Shown here: positions 1 through 9,043 of the stretch, piece by piece
Numbering within the stretch: position 1 is the stretch's first letter
Layout: every line of letters starts with the position of its first letter
Virus record (IMG/VR): IMGVR_UViG_3300037189_011323
Coordinates: 62,001-117,100 of that record
Direction: 5' to 3' (one strand)
Source of the DNA: an uncultured virus (IMG/VR IMGVR_UViG_3300037189_011323)
Taxonomy: Duplodnaviria; Heunggongvirae; Uroviricota; Caudoviricetes
DNA: 55,100 bases
Notes under the pieces: model-generated
The model's input: the letters and a program-made list of their open reading frames with translations, nothing else
Told to the model about the DNA's origin: nothing
Database searches by the model: none
Position numbers and translations under genes: made by a program

Positions 1-759
1 TGTCTTGTTCCACGTGATTGTGTTGTAAAAAAAGAAATATACGAATATCCATATCTTATACGTGAAACAAGTTATGGATTTGATCTTGCAATCGATGTTA
101 TTTTTATTGAGAATGGTGAAAGTTGTGCAAAAGAAAATTATGAAAGATTGAAAAAGTTAGAACCATTGACAAAATACTGTGCTGGTGTAAATGGCAGATT
201 AGCTGCATATAAAAATGCTGCAAACCAAAGTAACAGTGATTGGTTCATTGCTGTGTTTGCAAAGTGTCATGTGAAAGACAATTTTGACGATTTTGATTGG
301 CAACCAGATTTTTGGCAAGAACCTAAACATTATATTTTTTATAATCACAATCGTAATAATAATTTGACATATGGACACATGGCACCTATTGCCTACAATA
401 CAAAACTAATTTTACAAAATACGGGTGGTCTTGATATGACATTGGCGCAAATGCACACCACCGTGCCAATTTGTATAAGTGAAACCTATATTGAAGATGA
501 TCCATGGTTGACATGGCGAACTGCGTTTCGTGAGGTAATTAAACTACTTCATTATAGTAAGAATAATCCAAGCGTTGAAAATGAATATCGACTATGGTCA
601 TGGAAAAATATAACAAATGGAAATGATGCTATTTGGCAACAGCGTGGTGTTAAAGATGCAGAAGATTATTATAAAATGTGTGGCGACAATGAAGATGCAC
701 TAATGTTGACAAGTGAATGGGATTGGTTGCAGGCACATTATTCATCTTTACAAAGATGA
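1..759 (+). CDS. phage glycosyltransferase-like protein, C-terminal part (5' end outside window)
   Basis: Frame is open from base 1 (...IDVIFIENGESCAKENYERL...). Carries the WRTAFREVIKL motif I associate with large-phage GT-like proteins and abuts sugar-modification genes. Confidence 0.55.
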   Translation, partial: CLVPRDCVVKKEIYEYPYLIRETSYGFDLAIDVIFIENGESCAKENYERLKKLEPLTKYCAGVNGRLAAYKNAANQSNSDWFIAVFAKCHVKDNFDDFDWQPDFWQEPKHYIFYNHNRNNNLTYGHMAPIAYNTKLILQNTGGLDMTLAQMHTTVPICISETYIEDDPWLTWRTAFREVIKLLHYSKNNPSVENEYRLWSWKNITNGNDAIWQQRGVKDAEDYYKMCGDNEDALMLTSEWDWLQAHYSSLQR

Positions 760-1848
760 AATTACAGTTTGAATAATATAATCAACTTGTTCATCAGTAA
801 GATGTGTATGACTTGGCAAACTAATTATTTTACCAGATAAAGATTCACTTTTAACACACTGATGTTGATTCCACTGTTTAGCAAATTTTTGAGTATGCAA
901 TGGATGTTTATAATGACTGCTATAATTTATTTTTGCATTTTTTAAGTAATTGCATGTTTTTTCATAATCGTTGGTTACAATTGGCATAACATACCAATTA
1001 TAGAGATTTTGAAATGCAAATTTTGGAATTTTAATTTGATTGTGATTTGAAAATGCTTCACAATATTTTTTAATTATTTGGACTTTTCTTGTGAAAATTT
1101 TTTCATAATTTTTAATATTTGCTGTAATAAGTGCAGCTTGTATACTTGTTATTCTGGATGTAAATCCAACATTATCAATATTACTATCAAAACCATAAAA
1201 AGATTTACCATTTGAGCAAATTGAATCTAATAATAATGTATCAATTTTGTTAGTGATGATTGCACCACCACCGCCAGCACCCCCAAAATTTTTGTAAGGA
1301 TTAAAACTTATACAAATAGCATCTGCTATAGTTTGATCATAATCTTTTGTTGTTATACTAAAACTCTGTGCAGCATCAATGATAAGTTTTAAATTTCTCT
1401 CGTCACACCATTTCTTTAAATTATAAATGTCACAACCTTGACCATATAAATCAACGACTAAAACAGCACTTACTTCATTAGCATACAAATTATAAACACG
1501 AGTAAGATCATTTAAATCTAACAACCAACTGTCATCAATATCAACAAATGTTGGAATACAATTAGCATTTAAAACAGACTGCGCAGTAGCTGCATATGTC
1601 ATTGTTGGTATTAATATTCTTGAATCTTTTGGAAGATTTAACGATAAGATACCTGCATGTAATGCGGCCGTGCATGTGCTTGTTAATTGCACACTTGCAT
1701 TATTATATAAATTACTAATAAATTTTTTTAATTCAATCTCATGTTGACCACGATAAACTTCACCGTATTCTAAAGTAAATTTTAAATTTTTTAAAATTTC
1801 TTCATTATTGTCTTGATATTGTAAATCCAAATCCGAAAATTTTATCAT
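748..1848 (-). CDS. DegT/DnrJ/EryC1/StrS family PLP-dependent aminotransferase
   Basis: TSTCTAALH, VDLYGQ, IIDAAQSF, SFNPYKNFGGAGGGG (PLP lysine) and ISLPSH motifs. Confidence 0.9.
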   Translation of the reverse strand: MIKFSDLDLQYQDNNEEILKNLKFTLEYGEVYRGQHEIELKKFISNLYNNASVQLTSTCTAALHAGILSLNLPKDSRILIPTMTYAATAQSVLNANCIPTFVDIDDSWLLDLNDLTRVYNLYANEVSAVLVVDLYGQGCDIYNLKKWCDERNLKLIIDAAQSFSITTKDYDQTIADAICISFNPYKNFGGAGGGGAIITNKIDTLLLDSICSNGKSFYGFDSNIDNVGFTSRITSIQAALITANIKNYEKIFTRKVQIIKKYCEAFSNHNQIKIPKFAFQNLYNWYVMPIVTNDYEKTCNYLKNAKINYSSHYKHPLHTQKFAKQWNQHQCVKSESLSGKIISLPSHTHLTDEQVDYIIQTVISSL

Positions 1849-2717
1849 AGTAATATTTTTATACCACTTTCTAAATCAACTTTGGGGGTATAACCAAGAT
1901 ATCTAACAGCAGTGCGTGTATCCATTGCACCACGACGAGGCATGTCCTCTGGTAAATCACGACCACAAATAATTTCACTTTCGCTTTGTGTCAATTCAAC
2001 GATAAGTTTAGCCGCATCATACAAACTTACAGCTTGACCATAACTCACATTAGCAATAACTTTGCTTACTGGTGATGTGGCAGCATTAACGATTGCTTGT
2101 GTAATATCACTTACATATGTAAAGTCAAGTTTAGCTAATGGATCATCTACATTAATTGGTTCATTATTTCTAGCTGATAATATCCATTTACTGATTACTC
2201 TGTTAGGATTATCACCAATTCCATATGCAGCCGTTGGTCTTGTGATAACCCAATTCTTTGCAATATCCTGAACTAATCGTTCACATGCAAGTTTAGCTTT
2301 ACCGTAATCATTAATGGGACGAAGTGGATCATCTTCACGAACAGTTCCAACCCAATTTCCATAAACCATGCTACTGCTTATATAAACAAACTTTGCATTT
2401 GGGTATTTGGTTAATAGATATACAGTTGAATTAATAGTGTTTTGCCAAGCATTGCCAATTTCTTTTGCAAAACTTGCTTGGTTAGGATGGCAAGCAAGAT
2501 GAACAATAACATCTACATCTTCTACAATGGTTTGTGCACAATCACAATTTAACCAATCATCATAACCATAATCCATACGACGACCACGATCAAGATATAA
2601 TTGTGTTGTAATAAAACGTAGGTCATCAACAATTGTTACCTTATGTTTTTTATTCTTAAGTGAATTTACAACATGATGACCAATAAACCCAAAACCACCC
2701 GTAACTAAAACGTGCAT
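1845..2717 (-). CDS. NAD-dependent nucleotide-sugar epimerase/dehydratase (extended SDR)
   Basis: VLVTGGFGFIG Rossmann motif, ISSSMVYG, YGKAK (YxxxK), DFTYVSD. Confidence 0.92.
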   Translation of the reverse strand: MHVLVTGGFGFIGHHVVNSLKNKKHKVTIVDDLRFITTQLYLDRGRRMDYGYDDWLNCDCAQTIVEDVDVIVHLACHPNQASFAKEIGNAWQNTINSTVYLLTKYPNAKFVYISSSMVYGNWVGTVREDDPLRPINDYGKAKLACERLVQDIAKNWVITRPTAAYGIGDNPNRVISKWILSARNNEPINVDDPLAKLDFTYVSDITQAIVNAATSPVSKVIANVSYGQAVSLYDAAKLIVELTQSESEIICGRDLPEDMPRRGAMDTRTAVRYLGYTPKVDLESGIKILL

Positions 2718-2718
2718 A

Positions 2719-3609
2719 TTAGACCGCCATATCTGCTTTAATAGTTTGGTGATGAATATAATTCATTAAACGGATATCATCCATTTGCGCTGTCCACACA
2801 TCTTTAACATCACTTAAGTCAAGATGCGGTAATGGAAATGGGCGACGACTCATTTGTTCTTTAACCTGTTCAATATGGTTATTATAAATGTGAACATCAC
2901 CAAATGTCAAGATTAATTCGCCAACTTGTGCCCTAATTGTTTTGGCAATAAGATGCGTTAGCAATGCGTAGCTTGCGATATTAAATGGTACACCCAAAAA
3001 TAAATCAGCACTGCGTTGATACATCTGACAACTTAAAATATTATTACGAATATAAAATTGTGCAAACATATGACAAGGTGGTAATGCCATATCTTTAAGT
3101 TCAGCAGGATTCCATGCTGTCAAAATATGACGACGACCAGTAGGGTCTTTTTTAAGACCATCAATTAATTCTGCAAGCTGGTCAGTTTCACGATAATTTA
3201 TTTTGTTTAGGTTGCTATCTGGTTTAAATGGATTACCAGCTTCGTCTACTGAACGCCAATGTCGCCATTGAACACCATACACACGACCTAAATCACCATC
3301 ATACTTTGCTTTTGGTTTCCAGTATGGTGCTTTTGCATTTGCAGTCCAGATAGTTGTTTTATCTTTATCACGTGTGCCGTGTAGTATTTCTGCAAGACGG
3401 CGTTCATCACCACTGCCCTCAATAAACCAAAGTAGTTCACTTACTACACTCTTCCATGCAAGTTTCTTTGTTGTAACTGCTGGAAATCCTTCTTGTAAAT
3501 TAAAACGTAATTGTTCACCAAAAAGACTAACTGTGCCTACGCCTGTTCTGTCTTCACTTTGGGTGCCATCTAAAATAACTTTTGCACATAAATGATTATA
3601 ATTTTGCAC
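2719..3609 (-). CDS. thyA: thymidylate synthase
   Basis: DRTGVGT, ELLWFIEG, GRVYGVQWR, ALPPCH, YQRSADLFLGVPFNIASY, GDVHIYNNH. Confidence 0.97.
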   Translation of the reverse strand: MQNYNHLCAKVILDGTQSEDRTGVGTVSLFGEQLRFNLQEGFPAVTTKKLAWKSVVSELLWFIEGSGDERRLAEILHGTRDKDKTTIWTANAKAPYWKPKAKYDGDLGRVYGVQWRHWRSVDEAGNPFKPDSNLNKINYRETDQLAELIDGLKKDPTGRRHILTAWNPAELKDMALPPCHMFAQFYIRNNILSCQMYQRSADLFLGVPFNIASYALLTHLIAKTIRAQVGELILTFGDVHIYNNHIEQVKEQMSRRPFPLPHLDLSDVKDVWTAQMDDIRLMNYIHHQTIKADMAV

Positions 3610-4093
3610 GTTTCCACACCTGAAATAATTTGTCTTTGCCGTAGGTTTCCCAATCCACTTGGAAATTGTGTAACAATTCTACCACATCTACGGCTACATC
3701 ACAATTATAATTATCATCAAAAACTGTAAGATATATTTGTTCAAATAAATGTTTTGTGCTTCTTATAAGTTTTGCACCACCAATTATCCATATATCTTTA
3801 TCAGGATTATTGGCTTTTAATACTGCTAAACTTTGTTCAATAAAATCACCATTAATTACATAATGTGCATCACGAAAATTATCAACAGGTTGATTAGATA
3901 CCACACAACATAGTCTTTCAGGAAGTGGTTTGGGCATTTTTGGATCTAACCATGTGTTACTACCCATAATAACAATATGATTGCGTGTATTGTTACTGAA
4001 CCATTGCATGTCTTGTTTATCATGTGGCCAGGGAAGACTGCCACCCTTGCCTATCCCACCATCACGGTCTACGGCAAATATGGCTTTAATCAT
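3596..4093 (-). CDS. folA: dihydrofolate reductase
   Basis: GIGKGGSLPWP, DMQWF, VIMGSNTW, PLPER, IIGGA; overlaps thyA. Confidence 0.92.
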   Translation of the reverse strand: MIKAIFAVDRDGGIGKGGSLPWPHDKQDMQWFSNNTRNHIVIMGSNTWLDPKMPKPLPERLCCVVSNQPVDNFRDAHYVINGDFIEQSLAVLKANNPDKDIWIIGGAKLIRSTKHLFEQIYLTVFDDNYNCDVAVDVVELLHNFQVDWETYGKDKLFQVWKRAKL

Positions 4094-4395
4094 AGGTCCA
4101 GTAATTCGTTAGTTTTGGATTCTACTTCTTCTGCAATTGCAGATATATTAAGATGAAAGTCCACACACTCTATTTCTTCATCATGTGCATCAAGATAGCT
4201 TTCAATTACAGTTTCAATTTCTGAATATTCATATCCATTTGCCAACATTGTTGTTACATCAAATGCATGAAGCTGACCATCTTGAAATTTTGCATCTATT
4301 CTTTTAATAAAACGAATGGGAACATCTGATATTTCAACACTTGAAATCAAATGCTCCCATCTGTCAAAAAATTCGTCACTGAAACTATCAGACAC
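4090..4395 (-). CDS. hypothetical acidic protein
   Basis: ORF coupled by overlaps to both neighbours. Confidence 0.7.
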   Translation of the reverse strand: MSDSFSDEFFDRWEHLISSVEISDVPIRFIKRIDAKFQDGQLHAFDVTTMLANGYEYSEIETVIESYLDAHDEEIECVDFHLNISAIAEEVESKTNELLDL

Positions 4396-5080
4396 TGGTC
4401 TTATTCTTAACGGTCTTTGCTGGTGCTTTCTTTGTAGACTTTACAACTACAGGTTTATCACCTTTAAGTTCATTAAGTTGCTTCTGCATGCTTTGCATGG
4501 TCTTCATCATTTCCATTATAAAAGCAGTCATATCTGGTTGTGCTGTTGGTGCTGGTTGAACTACAGGTGCTGGTGCAAGTTTTGCATTTTCTGCCGCAAG
4601 GTCTATGCCAAGGTCTTTAAAACTTGCATTTTCACTTACAAATGCATCTGTCTGTGCAGTCTTTGCTGGATCAGAATAACCTTGTGAATTTTCCATACGC
4701 TCAAGTTTCTTAACAGCATCATCACCTTTACCAACTGTAGATAATAGGTTGTTTAATTCATCAAGACGCATACTGCTCTTGCTGTTTGGTGTTACCATAA
4801 CACTGTTTGCAGCAACACGCTTAAGATAATTTTCTTGACTTAATGCTTGCAACATATTTTGTCCATCGCTCATCATACGGCGTTCAAGAATATCACTGAA
4901 CTCATATGCAGCTTGACCTTCTGTGCTTTCCAAAATCTTCATGACATCATCATGATATTTCTGTGGCATGATATCACTATAAATGACAACTGCCATATGT
5001 GGTTCATCACCACCAATGCTACGCTTGACGATGATAACTTTTTTACTATTGACTTTACCTACGTGTTTAAAAAAACTCAT
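4388..5080 (-). CDS. hypothetical protein
   Basis: 230-aa ORF coupled to neighbours; basic low-complexity C-terminal tail. Confidence 0.75.
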   Translation of the reverse strand: MSFFKHVGKVNSKKVIIVKRSIGGDEPHMAVVIYSDIMPQKYHDDVMKILESTEGQAAYEFSDILERRMMSDGQNMLQALSQENYLKRVAANSVMVTPNSKSSMRLDELNNLLSTVGKGDDAVKKLERMENSQGYSDPAKTAQTDAFVSENASFKDLGIDLAAENAKLAPAPVVQPAPTAQPDMTAFIMEMMKTMQSMQKQLNELKGDKPVVVKSTKKAPAKTVKNKTSV

Positions 5081-5286
5081 TGATCCGTTCCTTCGGTTGG
5101 TTGTGCAGCTGGAGTTGCGTTTGCAATAAATGCTTTTACTTTATCATAAACTGCACCAACGGTTGATAACTCTTCTGCTTTAAATGCACCACGTTGTGCA
5201 ACAATCTCTATAATTTGCACCAAAAATGCAATATCATTGATAGTTACACTTGGTGGTGTTTGAACTTCGTTATTTTCGTCGCTCAT
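5077..5286 (-). CDS. hypothetical protein (start likely ATG 5286, MSDENN)
   Basis: GGAG SD at 5293-5296; ATGA overlap with next gene. Confidence 0.7.
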   Translation of the reverse strand: MSDENNEVQTPPSVTINDIAFLVQIIEIVAQRGAFKAEELSTVGAVYDKVKAFIANATPAAQPTEGTDQ

Positions 5287-5318
5287 TTTAGTCTCCATTA
5301 TATTATATTTAATATAAT

Positions 5319-5348
5319 AAAAAAGGCTCCGAAAATTTTCGGAGCCTT
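5319..5348 (-). terminator. intrinsic terminator downstream of the VWA gene
   Basis: Perfect palindrome aaggctccgaaaattttcggagcctt with a minus-strand U tract (A run 5319-5324). Confidence 0.8.
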
Positions 5349-5350
5349 AA

Positions 5351-5385
5351 AAGATGCCTTATGGATGGATAGGATTAGGCATCTT
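5351..5385 (-). promoter_or_regulatory. stop-codon hairpin with loop antisense to the gene's own RBS
   Basis: Stem aagatgcct 5351-5359 / aggcatctt 5377-5385; loop atggatagga 5365-5374 is the reverse complement of tcctatccat 6646-6655. Confidence 0.6.
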
Positions 5386-6637
5386 CGTAGTAAGCACTTA
5401 CACCAAATGGTGGTTCAATGGTCTTGTTATACTTGTTATGGATAATCCAAACAGTATCACAATAGTTTTCATCACCCCAAGAACCAAATGGTTCACCGTC
5501 AGTAAACACAATCAATAGCTTTGGTGAAACATCTTCGTGCTTCATCCAGTTCCAATTCACTTCAAAGTCGGTGCCACCAAAACCTTTAGGTTCATAGTTT
5601 ACAAGGTCATCACCATCAGCAGTGGTATATTCTTGTGGGTTATGGACCTGTGTATCAAAGCACCACACTTTAATCTTGTAATCATCATATGATTGCATAA
5701 TACCGTTGATTTCACCAAAGAAATTATTCAACTGTTCATTGCTGATAGAACCACTGGTATCAATGGCAACACAGACATCAATAGCTTGGTCCTTACGCAT
5801 GTTAGGCAGAACAAAACCATTGCTGAAATGTTTCTTATTAGGAACAGTCCAAGTGTAATCATTCTTAACAGTGGATTGGATTTGTTGTGTAATGAGTTCA
5901 CGCCAGTTGATTTTAGGTTGTGTGAGTTCATTAATCATACGCTTGACATTGCCAGGAACATTGCCAGCGCCAGCAGATTGTGCGGCGGCAAGCATTGCTT
6001 CCTTAAACTCATCCTTAATCTTTTGACGTTCTTCTTGTGAAAGTACGGGACGACCTTTGCCATCCTTCTCACCATCACCTTCGCCGCCACCGCCCTTGCC
6101 ATCCTTGTCAGCATCAAGATGGTCATCAAGCAATTGGTCAAGCAAATCTTCAATGTTGATTTTGGTAGCGTTCTTGATCAAGTCATCATAAACTTGTTCA
6201 AAATTCCATTCATCGTATTTGCGATCATGCAATACGGGAACAACAGTAATTTTTGCACCAAGGTTATACTTAATACAATCAGCATTAACAACATAATCCA
6301 TTGCGATGTTGGCAATGTCACGTTGTTTGCCAATACCACGGTTGATATGGTCATATGCACAATGAAGCAATTCGTGACAAAACAAAAACATCATTTGGTT
6401 TGTAGGCAACTTGAGGATAAAGTCACTGTTGTAATAAAAGTGACGACCGTCAGTTGCGGCAGTGGTCAGCCAGCTATCGGCATTAACCAATTTTAGTCGC
6501 ATGGCAAGATTGCCGAAAAAAGGTTGTTTAAGAACCAGTGCAATACGAGCCTTGAGAATTGCTTGACGTGCGTTGTAATCTACCGTAGCATCAATAGTAT
6601 CGGACAGTTTGCCACCACCCTGTTTAACTTTAGCCAT
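5375..6637 (-). CDS. VWA-domain / HExxH metallopeptidase protein (DUF2201-like), partner of the AAA ATPase
   Basis: TAATDG, HELLH (HExxH), DTSGS MIDAS, GGTDF, VFTDG; start MAKVKQ at 6637 with AGGAG SD. Confidence 0.85.
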   Translation of the reverse strand: MAKVKQGGGKLSDTIDATVDYNARQAILKARIALVLKQPFFGNLAMRLKLVNADSWLTTAATDGRHFYYNSDFILKLPTNQMMFLFCHELLHCAYDHINRGIGKQRDIANIAMDYVVNADCIKYNLGAKITVVPVLHDRKYDEWNFEQVYDDLIKNATKINIEDLLDQLLDDHLDADKDGKGGGGEGDGEKDGKGRPVLSQEERQKIKDEFKEAMLAAAQSAGAGNVPGNVKRMINELTQPKINWRELITQQIQSTVKNDYTWTVPNKKHFSNGFVLPNMRKDQAIDVCVAIDTSGSISNEQLNNFFGEINGIMQSYDDYKIKVWCFDTQVHNPQEYTTADGDDLVNYEPKGFGGTDFEVNWNWMKHEDVSPKLLIVFTDGEPFGSWGDENYCDTVWIIHNKYNKTIEPPFGVSAYYEDA

Positions 6638-6661
6638 AATTAATCTCCTATCCATATATAC

Positions 6662-6689
6662 ATAATACCACAGAATTATATTATGTCAA
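6662..6689 (-). promoter_or_regulatory. sigma70-type early promoter
   Basis: TTGACA (6684-6689), 16 bp, TATTAT (6662-6667) with TGn extension. Confidence 0.7.
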
Positions 6690-6692
6690 GAG

Positions 6693-6730
6693 AAAAAATA
6701 GGGGGGAAGTGTTGCGGCACTACCCCCCTA
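6693..6730 (-). terminator. intrinsic terminator downstream of the AAA ATPase gene
   Basis: tagggggg/ccccccta stem with inner agtg/cact pairing and minus-strand U6 tract. Confidence 0.75.
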
Positions 6731-6763
6731 ACCGTAGGAAAAATCACACTTTTTTCCTACCTT

Positions 6764-6803
6764 ATCTCGCCCTCACTGTGATGGAGAACGATAGGGGCGA
6801 GAT
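6764..6803 (-). promoter_or_regulatory. stop-codon hairpin with loop antisense to the GAUGGAGAA RBS
   Basis: Stem atctcgccc 6764-6772 / gggcgagat 6795-6803; loop tgatggagaac 6779-6789 is the reverse complement of leaders at 7936, 8229 and 9043. Confidence 0.6.
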
Positions 6804-7930
6804 TAATCACGCACTGCCGCAAGGATGAAGTCACCGTTTTTAGCATGATATTCCTTATAGTGCTTCATCTTGCTAGTCTTCATTGGCAACTTGTAGTTAC
6901 GGAGAATAGTAGCAAGCATCATAACTTGTAATTCCGTATCCATGTTGTCAAGGAAGAAGCGGAACACGTTGTCAAGTTCATCGTGCCAAGCGGTATTCTC
7001 GTTGTCTTTCATACGTTCACCACCACGACGATCATAGCTATCCTTGAGTTCATAGCAACATGAAACCGTCAGCGAATACTTTGCACCAATGTCTTTCGCT
7101 TTGAGTTCCTTAACCTTACCGTTAAGAATATCGGTAGGATTAGGCATCTGGCTTGCTACCTTACGATGTGCGGCAAACTTAAGTGCAACACCTTCACCAA
7201 CTGTACCAGACACAAGGTCATTCAGTTCAGTATCTACAAGGTCTTCTTGCAAGAGATCGCTAACAAACGACCACGAACGAGGCGTAGCAAACGATGCACC
7301 ACTTTGGCGAGGATCAAAGTTGAACAAATCATTCTTGTTGCAAGTTACATAAGCAACAACGTCAGGATTGATAGCATTGTTCAATGCCCAATCATTCCAC
7401 GACTCGAAGTCAACACGCAAGTTCAAGTGAACAAAACGGTTGGCAAGTGGCGATGGCATACGATACACAACACCACGGTCAGTGTCACGGTTACCAGCGG
7501 CAACGATAACAACATTGTCAGGAAGTTCATACGTGCCAACACGACGATTAAGAACAAGCTGATAAGCGGCAGCTTGTGTTGCTGGTGCAGCAGAGTTCAT
7601 TTCGTCAAGGAAAAGAACCACAACAGGATACTTGGCAGCTTCTTCTGCTGTAGGCAGATCGGGTGGAGCATTCCACATGGCATTGCCAACGGTTGGGTTG
7701 TAGTAAAGAACACCTTTAAGATCGGAAGGGTCCATAAGTGCAAGACGCAAGTCATACAGCTTGCCGCCCATGCTTTCACAGATATCGGCAACAAGTTCGG
7801 ACTTGCCAATACCAGGTGCGCCCCACAAGAAGATAGGACGTTTACGCTTCATACATACCATAATTTCACGCTTTGCAGAAGCGAGAGTAACGGTGCGCAC
7901 TTCGGAAAGTGCCTCATTTGGTTTAGCCAT
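6803..7930 (-). CDS. MoxR/dynein-related AAA+ ATPase
   Basis: Walker A GAPGIGKS, Walker B LFLDE, AAGN sensor, PLANRF arginine finger, TPRSW. Confidence 0.9.
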   Translation of the reverse strand: MAKPNEALSEVRTVTLASAKREIMVCMKRKRPIFLWGAPGIGKSELVADICESMGGKLYDLRLALMDPSDLKGVLYYNPTVGNAMWNAPPDLPTAEEAAKYPVVVLFLDEMNSAAPATQAAAYQLVLNRRVGTYELPDNVVIVAAGNRDTDRGVVYRMPSPLANRFVHLNLRVDFESWNDWALNNAINPDVVAYVTCNKNDLFNFDPRQSGASFATPRSWSFVSDLLQEDLVDTELNDLVSGTVGEGVALKFAAHRKVASQMPNPTDILNGKVKELKAKDIGAKYSLTVSCCYELKDSYDRRGGERMKDNENTAWHDELDNVFRFFLDNMDTELQVMMLATILRNYKLPMKTSKMKHYKEYHAKNGDFILAAVRD

Positions 7931-7935
7931 TGTAA

Positions 7936-7958
7936 TTCTCCATCAGTTGACTATAACT
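7936..7958 (-). repeat. conserved early-gene leader, copy 1
   Basis: ttctccatcagttgactataact; near-identical at 8229-8251, related at 9044-9066. Confidence 0.85.
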
Positions 7959-7959
7959 C

Positions 7960-7987
7960 AATATAACACATTATTTGTAGTTGTCAA
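7960..7987 (-). promoter_or_regulatory. sigma70-type early promoter
   Basis: TTGACA (7982-7987), 16 bp, TATATT (7960-7965). Confidence 0.7.
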
Positions 7988-8226
7988 GCAGAAATTTTTT
8001 GCAAATCTGCAAGCGCACCTTGCAACCAACGTGATTTCTGGACAAGTGCCTTACCAGACAATTCACCGTCACAGCAAAGGTTTTCGGGCGAAAGTTCAGC
8101 TTCAAGACTATCTTGCAATTCTGCAATATCACGACTTGTCAAATTATTGACATCCATTTGACGCTTGTTGAAAATAGCGTTCCAAACGTTCTGCTTATTG
8201 ATATAGGCTTCAAGATTACGCATCAA
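7984..8226 (-). CDS. hypothetical early protein
   Basis: Own promoter and GGAGA SD; LSPENLCCDGE motif. Confidence 0.75.
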   Translation of the reverse strand: MMRNLEAYINKQNVWNAIFNKRQMDVNNLTSRDIAELQDSLEAELSPENLCCDGELSGKALVQKSRWLQGALADLQKISA

Positions 8227-8228
8227 TT

Positions 8229-8251
8229 TTCTCCATCAATTGACTATAACT
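8229..8251 (-). repeat. conserved early-gene leader, copy 2
   Basis: ttctccatcaattgactataact, 22/23 identical to copy 1. Confidence 0.85.
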
Positions 8252-8252
8252 T

Positions 8253-8280
8253 ATATTACCACAGGATTAGGGGTTGTCAA
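8253..8280 (-). promoter_or_regulatory. sigma70-type early promoter
   Basis: TTGACA (8275-8280), 16 bp, TAATAT (8253-8258). Confidence 0.65.
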
Positions 8281-8924
8281 GCACTTTTTTCAAGACGAAC
8301 ATAATGTAAACGGGTTACATTTTTGTCATCATGTTTATAGATACGTGCGGTCAAGCTGATTTTCTCGTTATTTTCCAAGCGGTTAGCATGTGGAAAACTT
8401 ACAAGATTTCCGTCAATTTCAGCCGTATGATACCATTTACCATAATTATGGCTATAAACGGCACTTACAATTGTTACGGTTGCCTTTAACCCATCACCAA
8501 TTTGTCCAATATGACGGCTGTTTTCGCCAATTTGTGCAATCTTTTCAACGGCTTGCTCACGCTTTACAGCGTTATTATAGGAACTAGGAACGCTGGCAAT
8601 AACCGCCAAGTTACGGTAATCGTCAGTTTTAAATTCTTTTTGTTCTGTTAAAAGAACGCAAGTTTTCCAGTATTCTTGTAATGTGCCAGCAATAAGTTCA
8701 ATCATCTTGCTGTCAAGATATTCACAAATTTGTTCAGCAAATTCAATATCTTGCGGTAAAATTTTAAAGTTTTCCATTTCTGGATTAAGAAATTCACGCA
8801 TAAGTGCGGCATTGCTTAATTCACCCTTGGTGTTGTCAGCATCATGCCGTTTGATATAACGACCATTTGTCCGTTGTGCCGCACAAGCGGCAGACATAGC
8901 ATGTTTCAAGCCAATAGTGGTCAT
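8277..8924 (-). CDS. hypothetical protein with possible C-terminal OB-fold
   Basis: C-terminal SRHIGQIGD...ISLTARIYKH...VTRLHYVR beta pattern. Confidence 0.65.
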   Translation of the reverse strand: MTTIGLKHAMSAACAAQRTNGRYIKRHDADNTKGELSNAALMREFLNPEMENFKILPQDIEFAEQICEYLDSKMIELIAGTLQEYWKTCVLLTEQKEFKTDDYRNLAVIASVPSSYNNAVKREQAVEKIAQIGENSRHIGQIGDGLKATVTIVSAVYSHNYGKWYHTAEIDGNLVSFPHANRLENNEKISLTARIYKHDDKNVTRLHYVRLEKSA

Positions 8925-9037
8925 TTTGCACCTTTATGCTTTGGTTTACGGGTATAGCTGCCCTTGCCCTTACGGGGGGTGACAATTTTTTGACGGTATT
9001 TGGGGTCAGCCAATGACTTGGCAATAAGGCTACGCAT
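8921..9037 (-). CDS. arfA: ArfA-like alternative ribosome-rescue factor (38 aa, not in ORF track)
   Basis: Manual translation MRSLIAKSLADPKYRQKIVTPRKGKGSYTRKPKHKGAK matches the ArfA core DPxxRQ...KGKGSYxRKxKH; GGAGA SD, own promoter, ATGA overlap with downstream gene. Confidence 0.75.
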   Translation of the reverse strand: MRSLIAKSLADPKYRQKIVTPRKGKGSYTRKPKHKGAK

Positions 9038-9043
9038 CGCTAG

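Noticed and set aside
6693..6803. Possible tRNA in the hairpin-rich intergenic region
   Set aside because: No cloverleaf, T-loop GTTCRA or CCA end; the hairpins are serial rather than nested.
7089..8150. Long plus-strand ORFs (266 aa, 129 aa, 87 aa) opposite the AAA ATPase
   Set aside because: Antisense shadows of a well-conserved gene with biased codons; no SD or recognisable motifs.
8842..9024. 60-aa minus-strand ORF in the track
   Set aside because: Overlaps the better-supported ArfA-like ORF, which has an SD, ATGA coupling and a family motif, in another frame.
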